This document shows positions 38,358 to 51,269 of a DNA stretch of 64,000 nt, piece by piece (the first letter of the stretch is position 1; every line of letters begins with the position of its first letter). The DNA comes from Lama glama (lineage: Eukaryota): contig CM052818.1 in assembly GCA_028534125.1 (NCBI GenBank), positions 11,348,001 through 11,412,000 of the forward strand, written 5' to 3'. Position numbers and translations under genes: made by a program. Below the pieces are notes generated by a model. The model was not told where the DNA came from and ran no database searches. It was given only the letters and a program-made list of their open reading frames with translations.

Positions 38358-38529
38358 TCTACCTGGACCTGTTTCTTCACTCTGCCCCCTAGCTGATGTT
38401 GTTGGAAACCCCTGGTCCTAGGCCCTCCAGAATGTCACTGCAGTTCTCTCTTTACAACGCCATCTCCAGGCGCCACCATCTTCTAGAAGAATACACTCTC
38501 CATTTCTGCACTGCCTTTATGCCTCCATA

Positions 38530-38675
38530 ACACCAAAACGATTCTAATGCCCCCAAACACACACAGTACTTCATGCCTCTACCCCTTTTGTTACACTATT
38601 CCCTCTGCTTGGAATAGCCACATCTCCCCACATTCTCTTTGGAAAATTCCTATTCAAAGTCTTGACTTCATTTTT
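38530..38675 (+). mobile_element. L2 fragment
   Basis: catgcctct..tattccctctgcttggaatagc..aaattcctattcaaag. Confidence 0.6.
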
Positions 38676-38874
38676 ACAAAGATTAAATGAAAAAAAAAAA
38701 GGCTTAAGTGCTCAGTACAGCGGATGGCACGTAGGAAGAATTCAGTAAGTGTTTGCTCTTTCTTCCCTGTGCAAACCTCATCCATAAAATAAAATATGTC
38801 TCCTTTTTTGTGTAACCGTACCATGAACAGTCTTTTTATCCATCCCACTTAATTGGAGAAAAGCAATACAGATG

Positions 38875-39045
38875 GGCATAATGAAGAAAGCATTAGATTG
38901 GAAGTTATTTTGTCTCTATTCTGATCCCAGCTCTGCCTCTTCACCAACTCTGACCTTTGAGCAAATCATCGGAGCTCCATGGCCTGCACATCAGGATAAC
39001 ATTATTTACTTTCCCAGATGTTATAAAAATGAGAATTAATGACTT
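38875..39045 (+). mobile_element. MIR fragment
   Basis: gaagaaagcattagattgg..ttctgatcccagctctgcc..tgacctttgagcaaatca. Confidence 0.6.
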
Positions 39046-39389
39046 CATAGCACATGGTCAGTAAAAATCAGCTACTCTGAGTACACTACGCAAGTCAGCT
39101 GCTGTGACTGTTACTCTGCAGGGACACCCCTCCATATCCCTATGAATGGAGACCAAGACATTTCATCGTACAAATACAAGTGGAGTTATTATGCAGTTAA
39201 TTTTTGAGTGTAGGTGAGTTAGAAGCCAGGAATGAAATCCAATATCCAATCTGAATTTGCTTTGTTGCGGAGTTCATTACTGTGGGATTATTTTCATCAT
39301 TGCCATGTATTTTCTTTCATGTCTACCTTATTTACTAGACTATTAGTTCCTTAAGTACAGAACATATATTTCCAGTGCAGTCTAGAATA

Positions 39390-39598
39390 CAGATTAAGAG
39401 TTGGACAGTCTGTGTGCGAATGCCAGCTATCGCGTCTAATTCTGTGGCCCTGGGCATACTACTTAAACTCCCTAAATTTTGGTTTCCTCGTTCTAAAATG
39501 AGGATGATAACAACAATAATGCCTACCTTATAGATGATTGTGAGGAGTAAATGGTAGATTCTGGCACTTAATAAGTGCTCATTAAAGGTTAGCAATGA
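39390..39598 (+). mobile_element. MIR
   Basis: tgtggccctgggcatactacttaaactc..tttcctcgttctaaaatgaggatgataac..cctaccttatagatgattgtgaggagtaaatg..taagtgctcattaaaggttagc. Confidence 0.85.
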
Positions 39599-42304
39599 TC
39601 ATCACCACCTTATTATTATCACCATCATGATTATTGTTGTTACAGACCCTGGCACCCATCAAAGAGCCCATTTATGTATTAGGCATGGAATAAATCTTCG
39701 TTCAAATTTTTATCAAATCCTCTTAATATTTGGAAGTTGTCATTTAGGGTAGCTTCCCAATTATAGGCTCAGTCCCCTTACAGGCATCTCCAGATGGCTG
39801 AGTGTGAAAGGATCACTCTCTAATTGGCCTGAATTCCCCCAAGTCAGACATTCTCTCAGCACCAGACTGAGGGCCCGAGGCCCCCTCGCCCAGCTATCTC
39901 CCCTTCCTCCAATCCTTCCACCAGAACTGGCCAGCCTCAGGGCAGCTGGCTTCTCCCTGCCTCTCCCACCAGCCACTGCCAAGGATGCTAGCCAGTCCTT
40001 TATTGGAGCCAGGTGGAGCTGGCAGTCAGCAGTTGTCCGCCTTGTGTTGCCTGGACTTGTGCATGCCAGTCTTCCCCCTCCACGGCTCAGGATAAAATTT
40101 TGGCATCTTTGCTCTTTTCTGTAAACCCCAGGCAATAAGGTCCCAACCCTCCGGATATTCCTTGTGGGAATGGCACTGTTATGAAAGTGATAATCCTATC
40201 ATTCATTTAGCTACGTTCACTTGTTTGTTTTACTGAAAGTAGATCAATGTAAATGAGCCGCAGCATGCTTTGCCCTCCAAAAGTCAAAGAAAATAAATAC
40301 ACAGATTCCATCAAAAGAGAAAGGAGACTCTCAAAATATCTAAACAAGCAACTTCTGAATCTAGGTGCCTTACACTGAATCCTCTAACTCTGGGCACCTC
40401 TTCTAGGAAGTTTCCATTTGTAATTACGCTGAGCCACAAGCTGATTGATCTCTCTTTAGTGGGGAAGTGGAAAAACAGAACTTAAGTGTTTTCAGCATTC
40501 AGCTCTCCTAACTGCGATAGCCACGGCAGACTTATCTGGCGGGAGCTAGCAGGAAGCCTGTAACCGCTTCATCCTAACTCTCCAAATGCTGGCAACAATT
40601 AAATGAATTCTTAAGAAGAGAATCAAAAAGGCAGGAGGCAAAATGAATGGCTTATCCAAGTGCTGAGGAAGGAGAGGCTGTGTATTCAAGATGGAAAGAA
40701 TATAAATACACACACACATGCATATTATGTTACATATCTATAAAAATGTGAAATGTTATTTATTTTGAGAATACCCAGTCATTTCCATCTGTAGTAAGAA
40801 TCCATAATAACATTCTCTGTTTATATAACTCTTTTCACCTCAAGAGATCCCGAATGCATTTCAGACAGCTCTATATACAAACAGAGGCCAGGAGCTCCAC
40901 CATCTCTGGAACGGGCGCTAGTGCCAGGCAGAAAATGCGAGTGTGCGCTGCTCCGTGCATCCCAGAGACCGCTGACGGAAGAGGGGCGGGGTGGCCAAGG
41001 ACAACAGGGCAGCCCCCACATTCTTCAAACAGTGTCGGGGGGCTTCAAAGTCTGGGTGACACCTCAAATTTTGATAGCTAATTAAGAACAAATGCTGAAG
41101 AGAACTCCGTTTGTTTACTTCGGGAGGATGAAGGGTGATGCAGGGCAGAGCAAGGTTAGCGAAGCAGTGACGCCAGCGCGGAGAAATAAATCTGAGGCCT
41201 AGATCACCAAGTCTTACCCGCCGGCTTAGGTATATGTTATTACACCCAATACGCTTTAGATGGGAGGACACAGAAAAAGGTAGTATCTGTTGTTTCATTC
41301 ATGCCCCTCTATCCCCCCACAATCTGCTTTCCCACGAAGGACTGACTAGATGGTTCAGAATCCTCTTCTTTTTTCCTTCACCAGTTCAGTCCACAGCACA
41401 GTTGCTCTGGCTTTAAAATAATTCTTTTTTAAAAAAATGAGAAATAAGATGGCAGCAGTGATTTACAGATCTTCCCACTCCAGAAACCAAAGCTTGACAT
41501 AAAGTGAATTTCTACACGGCCCTAGCAATAGGTTCCCAGAGCCACTAGAAGGAACCCACCAGAGACTTCTGAGTATTCAGAAAGCAAACTGGAAGATGGC
41601 TAGTCCCTGACCAAAGGAAATATTATTGGCCAAGTGCCCGGTCATCAGGATGGGGGATCCTTAACACATACTTGTCTAAGGGAAACCCACCTTCCAGGAA
41701 CTGAGGTGGGAGAGGGAGCAATGTAAGACATCCTACTCCGGAGAAAGAAGAGATTCTGGTGTTGAAGTGGCCTGCCAACAGCTCTTGGAAACCTTCCTCT
41801 CCCACAGCATTCTTGACCCCTTTTGGTAGCCCCTCCAGAATCTGGCTGTCCCAGGTGTATGGTCCTTCCATTGAAAACCCCCACTCCAGAGAAGTCCAAT
41901 ATCTGAGCACAGCCAGAGCTCAGGTTCCTCCCAACTCAGATGCTAGCTTTTCTAGGTCCTATGACCTAAGGGGCTTTCCACATGAACTCAGCAAAAAGCC
42001 CAGGGAGGGACAGAGAGATCCTGAATTCCTTAGTGGCTTCAATTTGGAGCAGGGAGAGAGGTGAGGATGACCTTGTGTGGGAGACACATGCTTCACTCTT
42101 ACTCTTTGGGGCTATGTTCTGTCCAGGGCTGTGGAGGAAGAGAAGGCAGGAGCAGAGGCCACTCAGAAAGTTCTGGGGGAAATCATCCCTTCCTAAAGAA
42201 CATGCTTCTTCTGGGTATGTAGCCTGGAGCGCAGGAATGAGAACAATTCAGCACATTCAGAGCAGTCCACTTTTAAGGAATGCTCCCATGGTGAATTTGA
42301 CTCT

Positions 42305-42415
42305 CAGGGTCACTCCAGTGAGGTAGGTAGAGCAAAAATCTTACCAACCAGGAAAGTGAGGCTTAGACAAGACAAATGGCCTCATTACCTCCAGAACTGG
42401 AGCTAGAACCTTCTT
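42305..42415 (-). mobile_element. MIR fragment
   Basis: ccagtgaggtaggtag..aggaaagtgaggcttaga..ctggagctagaacc. Confidence 0.55.
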
Positions 42416-43548
42416 ACTGCAGAATTTCAAGTTCCTTCTATGGTATGTTGCCCAAAGTTATAATCAGTAGGTAGGAGATGAAAATGGTTGTCCCACCAAA
42501 ACACCTGTGATGAGCCCTGTGCTTCACTTTGACCTTTAGAATCTTCAGCCTTCATCTCTCTCATATCCCGAATGGGGGCCAGAGAGAGGGGAGGGACAAA
42601 GAGGTTTGCAGGGAGAAGCAATAAGAATTTTGTTTCTTCTTTGTATTTCTTTCCCATTTAATTCCTCCTTGCCACTCTTCACACCATCCAAACACACATT
42701 TAGGCAGAAACAGAAAGGGTATACTAACATAGACTCCTAGATGGATAAATGGATGTAGGTTTGTTGTTTTTTTTTTTAATATATATCGTATTATGTACTA
42801 TTTCGATTCTGATGAATTACTAAGAATGCTTTAAAATCCTTTGAAATAACCCACAAGTGGAAAAGAAAGTCTTTTTTCCTTAGCAGGAGAGGGAAGGTTC
42901 ATGTAGTCAAAGGTTATATAGTTCAAACCTATAAAACAGAGTACTAAAACCAGACAGTGTTTCCTGAGTTTTGGAAGGCATTGTTCCTAACCAACAAAGG
43001 GAGTATTTGTTTGCACACTAGTCAGTAAACCTTGAAGCTTACTCCCCCAAGTAAGTCTAGGCTTCCAGATAAAAGCTAAGTACACCAGTAAGTTTGTGGA
43101 GTTTGGATACATTTAAGCATGGCAGGAACTCAGCGGGTGCTTGAAGAATATCTGCACTTTTCCCCAGCAGCCACGCCCGTGGCTGGCACCTGCACTCCCC
43201 ACGGCTTGTTTCTCAGTGCCCCTCGTAGAAACACTTCAGGGCTAGATAAAATAGCAAACGGGCCCAATGTGACATAGTCTTAAATAAGGAATGGGTCACG
43301 CTGCCCTTCTTTTGGCCTCAAGGCAGATTTCACTCTCTGTTCTGGAGTGTTCTGCAGCTATTGGCAGAGCTGACCATAGGGATAATCATCTTAAGAGAGA
43401 TTTTCTTACAATTGAGTAGAATGGGAACTTGTCACATATTTAGAAAACATATAAGCATGCATTAAATGGAAATCTGTGACAGAAAAGAAAAAGAATGAAG
43501 ATGAAGGAATGATCTTCAAATGCCAGAACTGCCAAATGGAAGAAGGTG

Positions 43549-43972
43549 CCTATCAGTCAGGATGGATCCCGTCTGCAGCGCGAACAAACAACCCTGACAT
43601 TTCAGGGGCTTAAAACCACAACAACAAATTTTGGGGCCTCACATGGTCTACAAGTCCATCTCTGATCTAGAGTGGAGGTGGGAATTGGGATGATTTTCCC
43701 CAATTCCAGTGGCCCTTACACAGGGGCACAGGCTGAACGAGCCTCCATCACCTGAAGAATCCCTGGTCATGGGCAGAGAGAAGTGAATTGTTCATTTCAC
43801 ACTGATTCTTACAGTTTCTCCCCGAAAATGATACCCATGCCTCCTGTGACCATTTCATTGGCCAAAGGAAGTCACTGTGCCACGGTTAACTTTAAGGGCT
43901 TGGAAGTGAAATTCTACCACGTCCAGAAGAAGAACAAGAAACTTTAGTGAACAATTGTAAGAACTACCAACA
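43549..43972 (-). mobile_element. MaLR solo LTR, MLT1I-like
   Basis: tatcagtcaggatgg..aacaaacaaccctgacatttcaggggcttaaaac; catttcattggccaaaggaagtcac; ends gaactaccaaca. Confidence 0.8.
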
Positions 43973-44479
43973 GGGTATCTGTCACTGGGTGTCAGATGGC
44001 TATCATTGTTTGCAAAGTGCGGGAGCCAGGTACCAGGCTAAGATAAGGAAGAGCTTCCGCATAACGGGATGCGCTGGAGAAGCCGCCAATTCCTTCCCAT
44101 TGGTTGTATTTGGAAAGAAACATAAAGACTTTCTCTAAAACATGCTACAGGAATCCCAAATGACTATAGGAGCCAGATAGGTAGCATAACGTGTGAATCA
44201 CCCAGGGAAAAAAAATGCATTCACCATATGGAAATAATCTGTGGTTCCATAAAGACATTTGCTCTCTCCTGTGTGTCTTCATAAATGGAGACTTCCCAGT
44301 CAGCTTTTGAAAGGGACATAGAATAAAGGGACATTCATTTACTTTAAGACAAGAACAGGGTGAGAGGAATGATAGGTGGTGGCTGACACCACTCGTCGGT
44401 CCAAGAGCCAAGAGAGAGTGGAGGGGACAGGGGAAAGCAGGGAGTGTGTACCCCGTGGGAAAGGGAGTACAGCTCGAGC

Positions 44480-44682
44480 TAATCGTTGCCATGTGGGGAG
44501 GCAGACCCAACGTGGCCAGGTTTTCCAATCTGATTGTTTAAGAAGGGCCAGAAATCTTGATGTGTACATGCAATCTCCCCCTTTTCAATGTTGGTGCAAT
44601 TATTTTCAAAGGACCCCGTGAAGGCCAAACAAAACATGATGTGGGCTGGATCTGGCCAATGGCCCACCAGTTCATGGCTTTG
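44480..44682 (-). mobile_element. hAT-Charlie MITE, MER102-like
   Basis: gccagaaatcttgat..aatctccc..aatgttgg..ggccaaacaaaacatgatgtgggctggatctggcc..ccagtt matches the recalled MER102 terminus. Confidence 0.7.
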
Positions 44683-46455
44683 CTGGAAAGAACAATTCTG
44701 TTATGTGTGTGGGTGTGAGGGGAAATGGGGAACTGTCCGGTCTCTAAGACCCTGGTGGGAGCCCAATAAACAGCACCCTTCTTTCTGAATTCTGAATTAA
44801 CTGGAAAATGAGACAGAAGAGTGAGCTTAAGGGGGTGAGGGTGGGGAGCCAATTATAACCTTTCTTACTGAATAAAGCAAGGCTCAGAAAGATGGGCAAG
44901 TCAGCTTCCTAGATTTAGAGATGCTGGACTGGGCCCGTCCTCTCTTGCCTCTCCTCCTCGCCTCCATCCCCAAGTGCACCACATGTGCTCCCTGGCAGCT
45001 GGCCAGTTCCCCAAAAGACAGCAGAAGAGGCAGAGCTACGCAGGCTTGCTTTCTCCTTCTGGATCCCCCCACCAGATAATTCACTCCTTCTCCCACCAAC
45101 AGAGAGTTTCAGACACGTAACAGTGATGGGAAGGACGGGGACACATTCAGCATTTATTTCCAGCCAGGGCCACCTCTAGCACGTAGTGCATCTCTGTGTG
45201 AGTTACAAAAAGGCACTCCCCTGGCAGATGAATCGCAGAAAGGCCTCTTCCTCCCAGCTGATGCAGCCCCAAGCTGGGGCACACAGCTTGGCAAGCAGTA
45301 GCGGGGCGAGATTCCAGCCCACACTTGCCTACTCGGCCTGGTGCCTAAGTACAAAAACCCACAACTGCCCAGAGCAGCCCGGCTTCAGACTCTAATAATC
45401 CTATCAATTTGATTCCAGATTCTTCAGTCTCCAAAGTAACCACACTGTGAATAGCACCCACTGTCTGTCCACCTCCCACAGTTGGAATTCATACTGGTCC
45501 AGGCTGTGTCAAGTCTGTGAATGGGATGGAGCGAACAAAAAGTGGACTGCCTGGCACGGCCTGCACCTTTTATTATTATTATTACTGTTCTCTCAATTTC
45601 CCAATCACCAAGTTACTACAAATTTTCATTGAACAGCCATTTTTTCAGCATGTCAGAATTTAGTGAGGCTATAATCATTTCTTTACAATGTTTTTCAGTA
45701 AAGAATATATTAAAGGAGACATTGCTTTAAAAGTTTCATGTACAACTGTGGCTTGTCCCAAATTCTTTGTATTCAGATGTCAGACTCTAATTGTTGGTTA
45801 GCAGCAAGGTTACCAGATGAGTTATAAAATGCATTTCAAATGAATATCAAAAGGACTTCAGGAAAATACAATTAACAGCTGGCGTAGTTCAGGAAGGCTG
45901 CAGTTTCATTGTTAAAAAAATAAGAATAATAATACAATCTTATTTAGAGTTGAGCACATTTCTGCATTCATGATAAAACATCTTCATTTCTAGAGTTCAG
46001 CCCAAGAAGGAAGAAAGACACAGGGCTCTAATTAAACAAAACAAAACAAAAAAGAGTAGAAATGTCTACTTCTCTGAGGCTAGAGACATGTCCACGAAGG
46101 GGAAAGCAGAATGAAAAAACAAAGAATATTGAGTTGGAGCTGATCTCGCTAACATTTCATAACCAGGGAAATGTAATCGTTGCTGTCTCCAGAGAGACCC
46201 ACATGGGATGTTAGACTTCCACATTCTTTCGCATTTCTACTCATGCCAGGTGCATTTACAAAAAATAAGAAGAAATGTTTGATACCATTTAGTTGGAAAT
46301 GGGTTCTTTCCTCTACCACATTGTCAACAAACAGAATTCCACATTTTTGCCAACCTATATCCAGGTCACTGATACGTTTTAAGAAAAGAAAGCAGGGATG
46401 GCCAACTGCATACTCTGTGGAGACTACTCTTTCAAAACTCCACTTACGTGAGACC

Positions 46456-46530
46456 CACTCATTTGTTCATTCATTTCACCCGTTCACTCACTCAGCAACT
46501 ACTTACCAAGCATCCGTAAACAGGCAGGGC
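46456..46530 (-). mobile_element. L2 3' tail fragment
   Basis: (CATT)-like tail cactcatttgttcattcatt..ctcagcaactacttaccaagcatcc. Confidence 0.55.
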
Positions 46531-47879
46531 AGTCACTGCTTCTGCAGCGCCCCTTCCTTTCCTCTAGGACCACAAAGTTCCCAACCACGGCTGGCTTTAT
46601 GTACAGTTTAAATTCGTCACTTTTTTTTTCTCAGTGAGATGAGCAAGTGACATGTTTACCCTTTAATAAGTATCTGAGGAAGTACAAGCAAACAAACCCA
46701 CTCCACTCCACATGTAATTCCTAGTCTGTCAAAAAAAAGGGGGGGGCACACTTTTTTTTTATTACGGAGAACATGTATTCATTACGATCACTTTCACCTC
46801 AACGTACAGAGAGATGCCCTAAGTATAGGGAGGAGCTCCTGAGAGGAAGCAAGAGCAAATGCCCTGCTGCTGGCAGCGTGCTCGCACTAATCTCAGGGCA
46901 GCAGGCTGCGGCTGAACCCGCTGGTGTGGTCGGTGTGGTGCATGTGGTTTTCTCCGTTTCTCTTTCTAACTCTCTCCACTTGGAGACTTACAGGGTCGAT
47001 AAATAGTCCTAACTAAAGATGCCCATGACGATGAGCTTGCTTTCTCTTCTTTTCTCTTCCCGCACAAAGATAACAGAGGAGGAAAGCGTGGCACATGGGG
47101 AAGCGGAGTTAACATGTACTGCACGTTACTAATCCTAACATAACATTGGCAGCTTGCACCATCCCCCTGCCAAACCCAAATTAACACACTGCCTTACTGG
47201 AAGGCAAAGGCTGCAGCTATATTTATAGCTCAATTAACAAGTTTCATAACTAAACCTCCAGAAGTCCTAGGCAAACCAGACAAATGCTATGCATCTTAAC
47301 ACCACGATGACCCTGCCAGGATGCCACCCTCTTCTCTCGGGGAACAACTCCTGCTATCCCCTTGTGAGAACAATGATGATTGGCACTGGCCCATCTGATA
47401 ACGGGAGGCTGGCTGGGCAACTCGGCTCTTGTCAAGGGTCCTCCTAACAACTCCCAACCAACACACATATGGTCGATTCAAGCAGGCGGCTAATGCTTCT
47501 TCCCTTTGCAGCCGGATGGATATGCCTGCTCCCCAGCAGCCAATGGCGGCAGAGGATGGCTGCCATCTTATGACTCAGGAGCCTGGGTCCTTCCAGGAAG
47601 AGGGTAACAGAAATACGGGGAATGTCACTTGCTGGGGATTGTAACATCAAAAGAAGCAGAAAATCTCTTTGTGAGATCTTCCCAGCAGGTTATTTTTGTC
47701 TGACGGGGAAAGACGCTTCAGAGGATGATGGGTGCACAGGTGGCACCCTTGGGACGAGCAGGAGGAAGTGGTAAAAATAAAGTACTTTTAATACAGCACT
47801 TGACTTAGAGCAATCTGCCTGCAGAGGCCAGTCCAGGCTTCCCCTGTCCACAGGGACAAAGTGCGTGGTTGCCTGGCAC

Positions 47880-48053
47880 AGAGCACTGTGATGATCTGCC
47901 TGCACATCTAGCTCCTCTGTGGGACTGTGAGCTCTCGGAGCCCAAGGAGGGAGGAGCATTCTGTACCGTTATGTCCCCCACAGTACTTAGCTCGGAAGTA
48001 ACAGTAAGGGGTCAGCATTTGTGAATGAGGAAACAAATGATGAATGAATGAAT
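47880..48053 (+). mobile_element. L2 3' end
   Basis: gactgtgagctc..tgtcccccacagtacttagc..tgaatgaatgaat tail. Confidence 0.65.
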
Positions 48054-48381
48054 AATCCAATAGATAGATGTTCTATTGGATTCTCCCACATACCATCGAA
48101 CTTGTAATTCTGCAAGCCTTTCCATTTAATTTACATGCTGGAGTTAAACACATTTCAGGCCACCCTCACACCTTGCTTTCAGTCATAATCCAGCTCCGGC
48201 TACCTCTATCCTAGTTCTCCTCCCCACCAAGAGCTGGTTATTCAGGTCACAAAATTTTGGAAAACACCTACAATTTGCTGCTCAGCCATTTCTATTGTTT
48301 GAAACCCTTAACCACTAACAGGGGGAGAAGTAGATGGTCAGTTATTAATGCTGTTTTCATATGTCCAGGTGCACAACTCTA

Positions 48382-48485
48382 CTAAGTCACTAATTCCTGA
48401 GCTTCAGCTTCCTCATCTGTAAAATGAGAGGGTTAATCTAGAACCATCTTTAGGTGCTTCGTCAACTTTAAAATATGACGATTTA
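48382..48485 (+). mobile_element. MIR/MIR3 core fragment
   Basis: aagtcactaattcctgagcttcagcttcctcatctgtaaaatgagaggg. Confidence 0.8.
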
Positions 48486-49129
48486 ATCTCTCAGCTCTCC
48501 TGTCATCCTGACACATATTAATGGCATACTCCTTGGTTCTCCTATCCCCTAAAAAAGACGACTGCAGAAGCTATTTTTAAGACACTAAAACCTGTGAATG
48601 TGGCATGAGAGAGCCTACGCCCATTTACCGCCTTTGCGCTCTCAGAGCTGGGCCTTTGATTCCCAAGCACAAGAGTATTCTTCCCAAGGAATACAGAAGG
48701 AACACTTTCTCAGGACAGCATCAGCTGCTTAAAAAAAAAAAATCATAAAGCTGCAAGCACAGGATAAAGAGGATAAGCCAAAGTGAGGTGCTGTTACCAA
48801 GGTAGACTGGAGTCAGACTAAGAAGGAAATTCTGCCAGGGCTCAAGGGTCTGCAGCCTCTCTCTGCTGTTTTAAGGAACAGGAAGTGAAACAGACAGGCT
48901 CCTGCAACAAGGACCAAAAGGGGGCAGTTCACTGGCCAACTCTGGCCTCAAAATACCGTCAGGGGCCAGGCTGTGCAAAGCTGCTGTTATTGATGTTTTT
49001 ATGTGAATTTAAATAAACGCCCTTGGGTGGGTCACGGGCTGCCCAGCTCCTCAATGGCCCTTACCACTCCCTGTGTCTTACATCTATGTCTCAGCCTTGT
49101 CATTCACTCATGGTATTGGCCCTTTGCTA

Positions 49130-49308
49130 AACTCACTGTATCTGACGTCTCTCTCTAAAATAGAAAGCTACATCCCCTGAGTGTAAGATAGTCCTCTGTT
49201 TGTTCATTGTTATATCCAGTGCCTTGAAGAGTTCCTGGCTAATAGTAAGTATTCTGTACCTATCTGTCAAAAAAAAAAAAAAAAAACGAACGAATGAATG
49301 AATGAATA
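49130..49308 (+). mobile_element. L2 3' end
   Basis: tgttttgttcattgttatatccagtgcc..cctggctaatagtaagt..(GAAT)n tail with an A run. Confidence 0.75.
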
Positions 49309-49378
49309 AAACTCCCCTGCCAACTGCTCCCTCTCAGAGCTCCCATCACACTCTGTTCACACCACCACAATAGCCTCA

Positions 49379-50285
49379 ATTCAACAAACATTCATTAAGT
49401 ACCAGACACTGTACCAGGTACTGGAGATATTGAGATGAATGACACAGAATGCCTTGTCTCAAAAGCTCACATTTAAGAGAAGGGGTCAGGCACACAGACA
49501 AACACATGTAACAGCACAGCACAATAGCTTTGATGAGGGAGATATGTTAGAAGTGCTATGAAAAGATTGACAGGAAAGCAGGGAACACTTGCAGTGTTCC
49601 TCGGTGTTAGTAGAAGTTCACGACCTCGACAAGGGAGAGAGGGCATCCCACACAGAGAGCACAGACTAGGCAAAGTCACAGGGCGGTGGAAGTACACACG
49701 TCCCGAACCCAGACCGCTTCAGTCTAGCCAGGAGAGAGAGCACCGAGGAGAAGCCCCTACAGGTGACATCAGGGAGGTAGCATCTTTGTAGGGCCGTGAA
49801 GACCTCTAGGGCCTAGTTAAGGAATTTAGATCCTACGCTACTGAAGTATTCCAACCAGGAAGTGGCAAGAGGAGAACGGTGGTCCTGAAAGTTACTCTGA
49901 CACCACTATAGGGTTTGGGTTGGCATGAGAGTAGGCTGGGAGGTTTTCCAGAGGTCTCCAGGAGAGACGATGGAAGCCTGCGGGAGGGTGAGGAAAGCTA
50001 TGTTTCCCTCAGGAGAAGTTCACGCAGTAGAAATTCTGAAGACGGAACTAACACGTGGGAGAGACAGGTGAGAGCTGAGCACGGGCCCGAGGCTTCTGGC
50101 TTTGGATAAACTGGACAAATGATGCTGCAATGGGAAGGAGGATAACAGAAGTAACTGGCAGGGACCCAGCCACCGAATTGCCAGTATCATGGTCCCTGGT
50201 GACAATTTTCAGGGCAGTTTCAGAAAAATGAGGGGAATGAAAATAAGTGCAGTAGGTCAAAGGATGAATATGATGTGAGCAACAA
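49379..50285 (-). mobile_element. L2 fragment, about 0.9 kb
   Basis: attcaacaaacattcattaagtacc..ccaggtactggagata; gggcatcccacacagagagcacag; ttaaggaatttaga; gtctccaggagagacgatggaagcctg; ggcttctggctttggataaactgga. Confidence 0.8.
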
Positions 50286-50339
50286 AGGCTTGTAGAAGGA
50301 GGTCTGATTTATTTACTTTTTCCAAAAAACTTGGTGAAG

Positions 50340-50657
50340 GGGGAGGGAGGGATGCATAGACCGGGCACAGGAGATCTTTCGGGCAGTGAAGCTATCCCAT
50401 CTACACGGTGGGTGCATGTCATTCTGCGTTTGTCAAAACCTGCAGAGTGTACACCACCAAGAGTGAGCCCTAACACGAGCGCGGGCTTTGGGTGATGATG
50501 CTGCGTCCATGTAGGTTTGTCGATTGTAACAAATTCGGGGGCGGATATCGATGGTGGGGAAGGTTGTGTGTGTGTGAGGACAGGGGGCACAAGGGAACTC
50601 TGGACTTTCCACTCAATTTTTTGGGTGTGTGAATTTAAAAATAAAGGTTATTAATGA
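50340..50657 (+). mobile_element. L1MC-type LINE 3' end
   Basis: gggcagtgaa..catgtcatt..tttgtcaaaacc..caccaagagtgagcccta..ctttgggtgat..gattgtaacaaat. 14/16 matching TSD aaaaaacttggtgaag (50324-50339) / aaaaaaattcgtgaag (50658-50673). Confidence 0.88.
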
Positions 50658-50814
50658 AAAAAAATTCGTGAAGTTCAAAAAGGTAAATAAGGTGGTATCT
50701 TGACAGAAAAGCAAAGTCAGGAAAGATCGTGGTTTCATTTCTTTCTCTCTCTCTCCTTTTAGAAGGGGCAAAACATATGTGTGAATATAAGCATCTTTAG
50801 GCTTTGAAGTGGTC

Positions 50815-50932
50815 TGTGAAGTGGTTTGAGAGAGAAGATATAGTTGATGCAAATAAAAACCCTTGGGAAGAACTTAGAATAGTACCAGGTGCATAGTAAC
50901 TGCTCAGTAAACGTTAGCTCTTTATCACTATT
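50815..50932 (+). mobile_element. MIR 3' fragment
   Basis: acttagaatagtaccaggtgcatagtaactgctcagtaaacgttagct. Confidence 0.7.
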
Positions 50933-51269
50933 GTAAAATCCAGTAGTTTCTTCTTTCCTGGATAGTAGTTTAGGTCGCTGCCCAGCTCACTGATGAGACC
51001 ATTAACCTGGACAGAGAAAGGCTGTGACTGCTTAGTTTGTGCTCCTGACAAGCACTTAGTGCTGTTCCTCCAACAGAATCTTCATTCGTTGATTGATTCG
51101 TTCAACACAGTTCCACAAATGGTGGAATTTGAATCTTCTCAGATGGTCATTTGGGTGTCTGCCTTTATTCCAAATACACTTGAAGCATTTTTATCCTTAC
51201 CTTTGAAGTACCATGTGGTACGTTTTAAACAAATGGTCCTGGCCCTCTCAGATTACAATGCTAAACTTG

